This document shows, one piece after another, positions 12,787 to 22,969 of a DNA stretch of 64,000 nucleotides. Where the stretch lies: NCBI RefSeq assembly GCF_964204645.1, contig NC_134027.1:20298560-20362559 (forward strand), written 5' to 3'. Within the stretch, counting starts at the first letter, position 1, and every line of letters starts with the position of its first letter. This DNA comes from Tubulanus polymorphus (taxonomy: Eukaryota > Animalia > Nemertea). A program made the translations under genes and the position numbers. The notes under the pieces are model-generated. The model saw only the letters and a program-made list of their open reading frames with translations. It searched no databases and was not told the DNA's origin.

Positions 12787-13589
12787 ACAAGTAGTGCCTC
12801 TATCAATCCTCGGTTGTCTATTTATTTTATACCAATTTCTCAGAGCACATCTAATCTATATAAGTAACGGTATCAGTTCTTTTATCTTTTATTTTGATAA
12901 AAGAAAAAATTATCTTTATAGTCATAATCAACATTAGATGTTCATTCCATCCATTTACATGTATTTCCATCCATCAAATATTTTGTAATCTGGTTTTTGT
13001 GTTCTTAGCGATTGGAGCTATTGTGGAGCAATGAATCCGAATTCAAGAAAATTCTAATTCACAACAAAATATCTCTACAGAGATGTAGCTCAAAATAAAT
13101 CGAAGCATAAATCAAGAAGTATATTATATGTTCTTATTGTTGGAACTATCATGATTGATCAGGCAACCTGGATATACTCCTTATTTCTGCTTTTGTCAAT
13201 GTGTACATTGAATTAGTGAATTAAAATCCCCCTTGCAACCATTTTGTCAATTTGAATTCCACCTCATAAAAAAGCGAGATTTTGCAAGAATTTCTCGTCC
13301 CCATCGAATATAGATGTAGAGATTAAGCGAGTAATAGCTCAATTGAAACAGAGAAAACATCGTTCAGTTCCACCACAGAGATAGGTATAAGCGGTAATTA
13401 ATGGATTGACGTGTAAGCTGAAACTATTACGAGCATTATTTTTGTAGGTTTTGCTTTCGTTGTACGTTTTGCTTTCCGCAGTTTTCTTATCAGATGAAAC
13501 CATTTTTGAGCTCTCAATGATTGAACTCTTACTTACTTACTTAAATTCGATGTTAATGAGGCGATAGAATAATATGTTGATAGGCCAGA

Positions 13590-14150
13590 GTTCAAGTTTC
13601 AAGTTTCAAGTTTGTTTATTCATTATAATCACATGACATGATCCTCAATGAACAGCGGATTAGAAGAAAACAATATAATACATATATACAATACTAGGAT
13701 TACAAAAATATTTACAGGAAAGAGTGCATAGGACATAGCGTACTGTACAATATAAGTCAAGCATAAAATTAAACATAATATTCAAATCCCGATTGGATAT
13801 ACTTTCCCAAATTTACCAATTCTGATTGACTACCTATATCATTAAAAATTCTATTTATATCATTTACATCACCAATTTCCAAATCAAATTTCGTCCTGAG
13901 ACAGTCGAATTTGCTACACGATAAGATGAAGTGCTGCTCAGTAACACGCGAAATATTGGTTGGAAAAATGCAACGATAAATTATTGTTGCAAATCATGCG
14001 AATCCTGGTGCGCATATATATCAAACAGGAAGGTGTGGCGGCTGATTCGTAAGACACATAGTAAATACTTAGATTCGACAACTGACTTCACCAACCAAGC
14101 GTACGTAGTTCTATCTCTAACGTGCAAGGGACCAAACAATCACCAATGAT
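13590..14150 (-). mobile_element. 3' fragment of a LINE
   Basis: Minus strand shows LRISRH... and EQHFILSCSKFDCLR (C-terminal Cys/His region of LINE ORF2), followed by AATAAA and a (CTTGAAA)n tail at ~13590-13620. Confidence 0.65.
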
Positions 14151-14799
14151 ACGTTTGGGGTGGCGGGAGGAAGCTTCCAGACGTACCATGAGTGTAGGTA
14201 TAACTGCAGTATAGGCACGATCAATTTGCACCCGAGTCGAGTTAATTGAGAATATTTACGTCACGATTATCTCAATAATGTCGAGGGTATATTCTATGAT
14301 GGCCGATTTTAACACCTTGTTAAAACGAACGTTTTGTTTTAATATAGCATTAAAATAAAAAGTGTGTTTCAACATTAAAGGTTGTTTTAACAAGTCATTG
14401 AAATGGAAATAAGTTTCAACATGTCACTAGTACAAAACGGTTGCGCTAATTTATTTATTTGTCTCAATGTAATATTTATTTCAACAATAGTCCTACTTCC
14501 AGAAGATGTAATCTAAATTCAACTTATGTATGAAGTCATACAATAAATTCGTAGAAAATATGCCAAGCTAGATTTTATTAATGTACAATCACTTAAGAAC
14601 ATTTTTAATTTCATATTCAACATTATGAAGTAATCCTTGAGGTGTTAAACTTTTAAAATTTGTAATGTATCAATACCGTGATACGTCAATGTACTCCCCA
14701 TCAAATAACAGGATTTTCGCTAAACGACTTAATATCACAGCCCAATCGCTCGGTGATACAGCTCAAGTTTCAGCCTTAACCTCCTAAAAAGAGGAAAAC

Positions 14800-15120
14800 C
14801 AAAGTGTCATTCAACTGAGAGACCAAACCTCCTTCACATGGCAGCCTAAACTTCTTATAACTGGCAGCCCGAATCTCCTTCGAGTGAGAGCTAGGGAATC
14901 CTTCAACTGACAGCCCACACCTTCCACTAACAGTCCAAACCTCGTTCAACTGAGAACCCACACTTCCTTCAGTTAACAGCCGAAAATTCAACTGAGAGTG
15001 ATAATCCCTTTCAAGATAAACAGCCAAAATCTCCTCAAACTGACAGCCCAAATATCCTTCGACTGGGAGCGCACAACTCCCTGAACTATTAACCAAAGTC
15101 TCTCTCCACTAACAGTTTAA
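14800..15120. repeat. degenerate tandem repeat
   Basis: Recurrent TCAACTGAGA / CCTTC / ACAGCC blocks. Confidence 0.5.
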
Positions 15121-15232
15121 ACCCCCTTCGCTTCGAAACCCCCTTCGAATTTTTTTCGGGATAATTGGTACATATGAATTTACATCCGACCCATTTATTT
15201 TCCAAAACGCCAAAATGTTCCTTTTTTCGTTA

Positions 15233-17790
15233 TCAATCGAATGCCGCAGACGTTTCCAGTTCTTTGACGAATTCTTTGTGAGCTTTGTGAACCTCGTCCC
15301 AGAAATCCTGCATTCTTACTCTCGCCAACCACTCTTCCACTTTCGGCCACATTCTGAACTTGAACGTCGTCCATTTTAACTGAATTAATATAGTAGCTAC
15401 GTAACTGTCAGCGACGGTTAGTTCGCTACAACATAGATACTTTCTTTTCTCAAGGTATCGATTTTCGAGGACCTCTAGTAAACGAGAGAGTTCCCGGATG
15501 CCGGACTCGACCAGAGCCTCGTTTGCGGCATCCGACGGCAGACGATATCGGTCCAGGAATTGTGGGTAAGTATACCGGAAGCCAACGATTCTATTAATAA
15601 GAATGAGGAGATAATTGATTATCATTGTATCATGAAAAATACCAGGTAATTGTGTTTCACAGAAACTTTTAACATAATTATCATTAAACTTCCAACGGCT
15701 TAGTTATTACGGTGACAAACGAAACATCGGGTCTTCAAATCTTGAGATAAACGGAATCAAAAACACTCTAGCTATAAATCACTATACCTTAAGTGACTGT
15801 GAAGTTACATATTCATGCCTAACTCAAATATCTAATTCACATTTTACGACAGTGCACAACAAAGATTGTTATTTTCTCTATCCTATGATCCCAAAATATA
15901 TTGAAACCCTATCTGACATTTAAGCGAATCATTTGGTCATGTAGTCGATCTAAAGATCGTCCCTTTCTGTATCAAAAGCAGTTGGGTACCATTGGTACAG
16001 ACCTGTGCAGTTCTGAACATGCCCAACTGATTAACGATTCACATTTGTATCGTGTGACTTTATCCGGTCCGTAGCCATTGTAATTCGTGTACTCACATGC
16101 CAAATACCTCAAAATCGCCTGCCTGCAAAGGAATATGGGTATGCTCAAACAGGAATAACCGTTTCGAAAGTCCTAAATGCTTCGCGCATTATCCTATCTT
16201 TCTCAGCAACATCGAGTCTTCACATTGTTAATGTTTCAAAGCCAAAATCTACGGTTTTGTTTAAAAAAAAAAACAAAATTCCGCCCAACTATTATTTCAA
16301 ATATCTAAATAAGAAAATGATATCCATTCATTTTACATTTTTCACTGTGAATACTGATATTCTTATGAACGAATATTCGTCTTAGTGGACAAATACATTT
16401 ACGAAGGGATACGGGCTCAAGTATGAAATATGGAAAAGTAGTGGCCTTTTTACCTGACGTATCAATACGCACAATGCTGACCAAATATCTGCTAATCTTA
16501 ACATTCCCGACATACCGACAATCCGACATACCGGCACTCCCGACATACCGGCACACCCGACATACCGGCACACCCGACATACCGACATTCCCGACATGCC
16601 GGCAATCCGACATACCGGCAATCCGACATTCCGACACTCCCGACAAACCGGCACTCCGGCAATGCAGCAAACCTACATACAGACATTCTAGGCATTATTT
16701 AACCAGGCCAGTTGTTTTGGGAATATATATTTGTAAGACTGGGGCATTAGGTTCCTAATAATCCCCTGTAGAGAAATACCGGGATCGTGGGGCGTTTGTA
16801 TCCTAATATTCCCCTGTACAGAGTTGCTGGAATCGTGGGGCGTTCGGTTCCTAATATTCCCCTGTACAGAGGTGGTGGGATCGTGAGGCGTTTGATTCCT
16901 AATATTCCCCTGTACAGAGGTGCTGGGATCGTGGGGTGTTTGGTTCCTGATATTCCCCTGTACAGAGGTGCTGGGACCGTGGGGTGTTTGGTTCCTACTA
17001 TTCCCCTTGGATCGGTGGGCGTTCGGTTCTTGATATTTCCCTGTATAGAGGTGCCGGGATCGTGGGGCGTTCGGTTCCTAATAATCCCCTGTAGAGAGGT
17101 GCTGGGATCGTGGTATGTCAAAAGTCGGGTCGGATTGTCGGTATGTCGGGAGTGTCGGAATGTCGGGATTGCCGATGTTATAATTCAAATACAGAATTAT
17201 GTACCGAATCACTCATTCATTTTGTCTTAAGCTTCCGCAATGAGGGACTATATTACCATATCTTATACTTGATCCGGGATACGAACCCTTCAAACACGAC
17301 TATATCGCCGTCAACCAAAAGCGGTACTTCTCTGTGTGGGTACTGGTTAATGAATTCCAGTGTGGTGCCTTCTTTTTCAGAAAAATCCACATCGACTATT
17401 TTATGCGGGATGTTGTGCTGAAATAAAAACGTTAGGCTATATAAATCCAACTGTGGAAAATGATTACACAAGAAGCACCCTGCTATATAAGTAACAAAAA
17501 AGGTTGAATGCTGGTATCGATTTATAATGCACTCAAATCTATTTCATTTCTTCATTAATTCAATTGATGTTGCATCGCTATTCACGGACATTAATTTCTT
17601 TCAAAATTTGGACCCTTAAGCAGGAAGGTTTTCTTACCTGTAGTAAATACAGCCAAACAGCTCTGCACGGTGGGTAAATCCGTACCACGTACAGAGTAAC
17701 CGTCTCCTTCTCATTTTGCTCGCTTTCCTCCTCCTTAGTTCTCGTCTCTTCGGTACTGTTGGGGCGACATTTCGTGACAGCGTTTGCCAT
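15233..17790 (-). CDS. glutathione S-transferase, theta/delta-like, 4 exons (17790-17638, 17417-17287, 16122-16003, 15590-15233), 253 aa
   Basis: GT-AG exons with compatible phases total 762 nt. Motifs: PPCRAVWLYL, VPLLVDGD, EG|QAILRYLA, YLCCSELTVAD, WPKVEEWLARV. Confidence 0.9.
16500..17180. repeat. inverted (CCGACATA)-type arrays enclosing a 48-bp minisatellite (16750-17112)
   Basis: CCGACATAC/CCGGCA repeats at 16500-16690, their reverse complement at 17120-17180, and ~7.5 copies of TTCCTAATATTCCCCTGTACAGAGGTGCTGGGATCGTGGGG.. between them. Lies in GST intron 2. Confidence 0.85.
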
Positions 17791-18721
17791 TTCGTGTGAA
17801 ATGCATCCAAGTTTTCTGTTTCAGTATGTTATATCTGCGTTAATCCGTTAAGGAAATAAAAACCAGTTTTTGCAATTGAAACTCGTAAAAAGAAAATTCG
17901 CTCAAAGCTTTCTATGTAGAATATATGGCAAATCTATTGTCTCATTGTATAGTGGTAGTGTTAAGTTATGGATCCTGAAAATATTTCTGACAAAATGTCG
18001 ATTCTCTAACAAAAGAAATATATATCAACTAAAGAGTAACTAACTTAAAGTACCAAAATGATAAAAAATGAAAAAGGCTTTTTACACAAAACAATGACAG
18101 CCGTTTTTGCTGATAATTCAAATTTCATATATATCTTTTCATATATATCTATCAACCCTTTTCAGCCACCACATTTAGTCAACGAAATGATGTCAACGAA
18201 TCCAATTAGTGTATGCCAACCATTAGCCGGTATAATCCTATCCCGAACGAATTGAAAATGACCTGCCAGTCGCCATCGAAGTGAATGTAGGCGCATACGT
18301 ACATACGTACCAATTGAAATATTCCACTCAATGTATACTTATATCCATTTTTGAATGGAACAGCACGCGCCAAATACGGTTATATTCTGAATGGGTTATT
18401 TACAGATAATTTCAGTATTCATTTCTCCACGGGGAAGTCAATATTTAGTGCGTGCCGGTGAGGTCTAATAGGCATGAAATATTCCAGCACAGCCCACTTA
18501 TAGAATTTACAGTGCCAGTGGCCGGTCAAAGTTAATCAAAACCTGGTGTTTTACTTGTAGTTATGATTACGAATCAGAATTCTGATGAAGGGTCTACTTA
18601 ATCGAATTTCGTGTTGGTAATTTGTATAACGTTTGCCAACGGGTCGCACATTTCGGAGGTTTTGTTAACGTACATATAACAAACCTCAGGAAAGATTTTT
18701 AAAATTAAAAATGATCCATTG

Positions 18722-18756
18722 GAGTATTTTTCTAGTTGGCAACTAGAAAAATACTC
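18722..18756. repeat. perfect 17-bp-arm palindrome
   Basis: GAGTATTTTTCTAGTTG-G-CAACTAGAAAAATACTC. Confidence 0.85.
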
Positions 18757-19241
18757 GAATCGATTATGTATCAGTGGAATGTCGAAACTTAATTCGATTA
18801 ATGATACAAATTTGGTTTAAATTGAATATTTATCAGGCCTAAATCATATTTAGAAAATGCATTGCCCTAGTCTATAATAATATTTCGACTTAAATTTATT
18901 CGAAGCATTCGTAATACATAAATCACATTGATCAAAAATCTATGCACAAATCTACATCGACTTATTAAACGATTCGATTTTGAATTTTACCTGATTCCTT
19001 TTCTGCAATGATAAATGCTCAGCTCTTCACGGATTTCTTATAATGAAGGGTCGGTTCTAAGCCTCGCCGTCGGACCTTTTTTTTCTGCAGATTTTAACGA
19101 CATTAAAAGTTTTTTTCAAGCGTTGATTGGCCGCCAGCAAACTGTGGCATTGTTTGGCATTGGCATTGTTGTGAACTGGTACATCAACCGAGTCATCACC
19201 CTAATATGTAAGGTGTCGCGTGTAATCAGCTGTAGAATATG

Positions 19242-19583
19242 AGTAATAGGGATAATAGGCTTTCATACCAAAGGTCGAACGGTCGAGCTCATAAAAAATG
19301 AAAAACATGAAAATAATAACAATTTCTACTTGAATTAGTCGCGAAACTCATAAAAAATGAAAAATAATTCTCACACACTCGAATTTATTTTTCATTTTTA
19401 CTCGCTAGAAAAAAGTGTGAGTAAAGTGTGAGTGAAATAAATTCGAGTGTGTGAGAATTATTTTTCATTTTTTATGAGTTTCACTCCTAATTCAAGTAGA
19501 AATTGTTATTATTTTCATGTTTTTCATTTTTAATGAACTCGCCCCTTCAACCTTTGATATGAAAGCCTATTATCCCTATTACT
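19242..19583. repeat. 342-bp terminal palindrome (left end)
   Basis: 19242-~19392 is the imperfect reverse complement of ~19433-19583 and ends in CCCTATTACT. Confidence 0.95.
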
Positions 19584-19732
19584 CTTAAAATATTCATATA
19601 CATGAATAAAATATATATGAATAACATATAAATTGATAGATTATTCAATATAAAAGTGTGAGTGAAATAATTCATATTTAAAACATTGAATATTTATATT
19701 TGAATGAGTTTTAATACAAATTTTGTTATAAA

Positions 19733-20353
19733 ATGAAGAAAGAAGAAGAAGAACCCAACTTTAAAATCGAAATCAATGAAACCAATAAATAATTTTCACA
19801 GTTTTACATTAAAAATTATATTTCAGCAACAAATTTAGTGTCCGCAAGACATTATAAAATCGATAACATAACTATGATTAATCAAGTATTATCAAATGAA
19901 ACTTATTTAATTACTGAACTAGTAGATACTTTTGATAATGGTGTTAAAAATCCTAAAGTATTCAATACAGTTTTAAATTTTAAAGGAACTTTAGATGAAA
20001 ACATAATTAATATTCTTAAAACTCCTTTCAATGAAAGAAATAATGATATAATACTTTCAAAAGATTACAATGATTTGATTAACTTAAGAATTGAAAAAAG
20101 ACAATTATATTATTTCAATTTTGATAATAAACAAATTATCTATAACGAAAATTCATCAAATATTGGAATTCAATGTGAATTAGATAATGAAAAATCATTT
20201 AAAGATATAGCAGTTCAATGTAATTTAGATGATGAATTTAGAAAATTCAATCCTAATGAAAAAATTCATTGTTATTGCGGAGGTAAATATTCAAAATCAC
20301 ATAAATCAAAGCATTATGAAACAATTAAACATAAAAACTTGCGTAAAGAGTAA
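19733..20353 (+). CDS. arm ORF (left copy) with C-terminal CxC/H2 zinc-finger-like motif; one in-frame TAA at 19790
   Basis: ATG at 19733 (TATAAAATG) is in frame with the 171-aa ORF 19838-20353. C-terminus HCYCGGKYSKSHKSKHYETIKH. Confidence 0.6.
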
Positions 20354-20405
20354 CAATTCTACATTATAATTATTGAATTGAGTTAAATGATTTAAATATC
20401 TAATA

Positions 20406-21830
20406 GACTGTTAAAATGATAAATTGTTTGACAGTTGAAATGATAAATTGTTTGACAGTTGAAATGATAAATTGTTTGACAATTGAAATGATAAATTGTT
20501 TGACAGTTGAAATGATAAATTGTTTGACAGTTGAAATGATAAATTGTTTGACTGTTGAAATGTTAAATTGTTTGACTGTTGAAATGATAAATTGTTTGAC
20601 AGTTAAAATGATAAATTGTTTGACAGTTGAAATGATAAATTGCTTGACAGTTGAAATGATAAATTGTTTGCAAGTTGAAATGATATATTGTTTGACAGAT
20701 GAAATGTTAAATTGTTTGACAGTTGAAATGATAAATTGTTTGACAGTTGAAATGATAAATTGTTTGACAGTTGAAATGATAAATTGTTTGACAGTTGAAA
20801 TGATAAATTGTTTGACAGTTGAAATGATAAATTGTTTGACAGTTGAAATGATAAATTGTTTGACAGTTGAAATGATAAATTGTTTGACAGTTGAAATGAT
20901 AAATTGTTTGACAGTTGAAATGATAAATTGTTTGCAAGTTGAAATGATATATTGTTTGACAGATGAAATGTTAAATTGTTTGACAGTTGAAATGATAAAT
21001 TGTTTGACAGTTGAAATGATAAATTGTTTGACAGTTGAAATGATAAATTGTTTGACAGTTGAAATGATAAATTGTTTGACAGTTGAAATGATAAATTGTT
21101 TGACTGTTGAAATGTTAAATTGTTTGACTGTTGAAATGATAAATTGTTTGACAGTTGAAATGATAAATTGTTTGACAGCTGAAATGATAAATTGTTTGAT
21201 AGTTGAAATGATAAATTGTTTGACAGTTGAAATGATAAATTGTTCGACTGTTGAAATGATAAGACAGTTGAAATGATAAATTGTTTGACAGTTGAAATGA
21301 TAAATTGTTTGACAGTTGAAATGATAAATTGTTTGACAGTTGAAATGATAAATTGTTTGACAGTTGAAATGATAAATTGTTTGACAATTGAAATGATAAA
21401 TTGTTCGACTGTTGAAATGATAAGACAGTTGAAATGATAAATTGTTTGACAGTTGAAATGATAAATTGTTTGACAGTTGAAATGATAAATTGTTTGACAG
21501 TTGAAATGATAAATTGTTTGACAGTTGAAATGATAAATTGTTTGACAATTGAAATGATAAATTGTTTGATAGTTGAAATGATAAATTGTTTGACAGTTGA
21601 AATGATAAATTGTTCGACTGTTGAAATGATAAGACAGTTGAAATGATAAATTGTTTGACAGTTGAAATGATAAATTGCTTGACAGTTGAAATGATAAATT
21701 GTTTGACAGTTGAAATGATAAATTGTTTGGCAGTTGAAATGATAAATTGTTTGACAGTTGAAATGATAAATTGTTTGGCAGTTGAAATGATAAATTGTTT
21801 TACAGTTGAAATGTTAAATTGTTTGGCTGT
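20406..21830 (+). repeat. 24-bp satellite array, left arm (~59 units)
   Basis: Unit TGACAGTTGAAATGATAAATTGTT. Confidence 0.98.
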
Positions 21831-21948
21831 AAATTTAATTGTTATTTGATTTAATCATTTAAAAGTTTAATATTTAACAATGATGATAAAATATTTAATT
21901 AAAAACTAGCAAATATTTTATAAACTGTTTAATTTTTCTCTTAAATAA

Positions 21949-22167
21949 ATGGATGGTTTCATCCAAACTGGGAAAAGTGATTTGAAACATTATTTAGTAG
22001 CAGGTGGATTAATATTGGCCGCGCTTTTCTTTTATTATGAAAATATCAGTAAGGATTTGATTAATGAAAATATAAAATTGAGCAAGAAATTAAAGAAGTT
22101 AAATGGAAACAATCACAGGAAGTATAACAATAAAAAATTTAACGATTTAAATGATTTGGAGGATTAA
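21949..22167 (+). CDS. 72-aa core ORF with a hydrophobic (TM-like) segment and a basic coiled-coil-like tail
   Basis: TAAATAAATG start; YLVAGGLILAALFFYY. Confidence 0.5.
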   Translation: MDGFIQTGKSDLKHYLVAGGLILAALFFYYENISKDLINENIKLSKKLKKLNGNNHRKYNNKKFNDLNDLED

Positions 22168-22213
22168 AACAGCATCTTTTAATTTAATTTATTCTATATA
22201 TTTTGACTATAAA

Positions 22214-22519
22214 ATGAGTGAAAATAAGGTATTAGAAATATTACATCTAATATATAAAAATCAACAGAATATTAAATCAATTATTATGCTTACAGGTTTA
22301 TTTTCATTCTCAGTTTATACTATAAAACAGTTGTTAGAATTCTATGATTGCTGTAAAATTAGATACACTGAATTAATAGAAAATATGAATTATATTTCAG
22401 ATAGATTGAATAATATTAAATGCTGTGAAATATGTAATAAAAGATATACAAATTTAAAGAGTTTAAAAACTCATAAATATGTTCATGAACTTGATGAAAA
22501 ATTATATGATTCAAAATAA
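22214..22519 (+). CDS. 101-aa core ORF with a hydrophobic segment and a C2H2 zinc finger
   Basis: TATAAAATG start; IIMLTGLFSFSVYTI; CEICNKRYTNLKSLKTHKYVH. Confidence 0.6.
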   Translation: MSENKVLEILHLIYKNQQNIKSIIMLTGLFSFSVYTIKQLLEFYDCCKIRYTELIENMNYISDRLNNIKCCEICNKRYTNLKSLKTHKYVHELDEKLYDSK

Positions 22520-22623
22520 GAAATCGACTGTTAAATTAGCTGAAAATATAAAATATATTAGTTGAAATGTATGAAAATGAGTAAATTATATTTACGTTAA
22601 AAAAGGAGGGTTGAGGTGTCAAT

Positions 22624-22732
22624 GTATTAAATACGTATTAAATACGTATCAAATACGTATTAATGGTATTAAATACGTATCAAATACGTATTAATGGTAT
22701 TAAATACGTATTGATGGTATTAAATACATATT
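22624..22732. repeat. short tandem repeat of GTATTAAATAC-type units in the element core
   Basis: Direct observation. Confidence 0.8.
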
Positions 22733-22969
22733 ATGCTTTATTTCCGAAAATGAAGTAACAGAAGTAATTTATGTTTTAATTCATTCAAGTATGATATTGT
22801 AAATTCTTTACATTTGACTAGGATAATACAAGAGTGATATTAGTTAGTTGGCTTATTCAATAAGAGAAACAATGAAATAATACAAGAGTGATACTAACAG
22901 TTAAAGTTATTGAATTTCTTGTTAAATCTATTTGAATTCTAGTAAATTCTTGTTAACCAATAGCGCGAC

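Noticed and set aside
16097-16122. Apparent 26-nt GST microexon ending at GTGAGT
   Set aside because: The reading frame continues with GST-like sequence to a phase-compatible donor at 16003, giving a normal 120-nt exon.
16305-17230. Cys/Arg-rich ORFs on both strands
   Set aside because: Translations of intronic tandem repeats.
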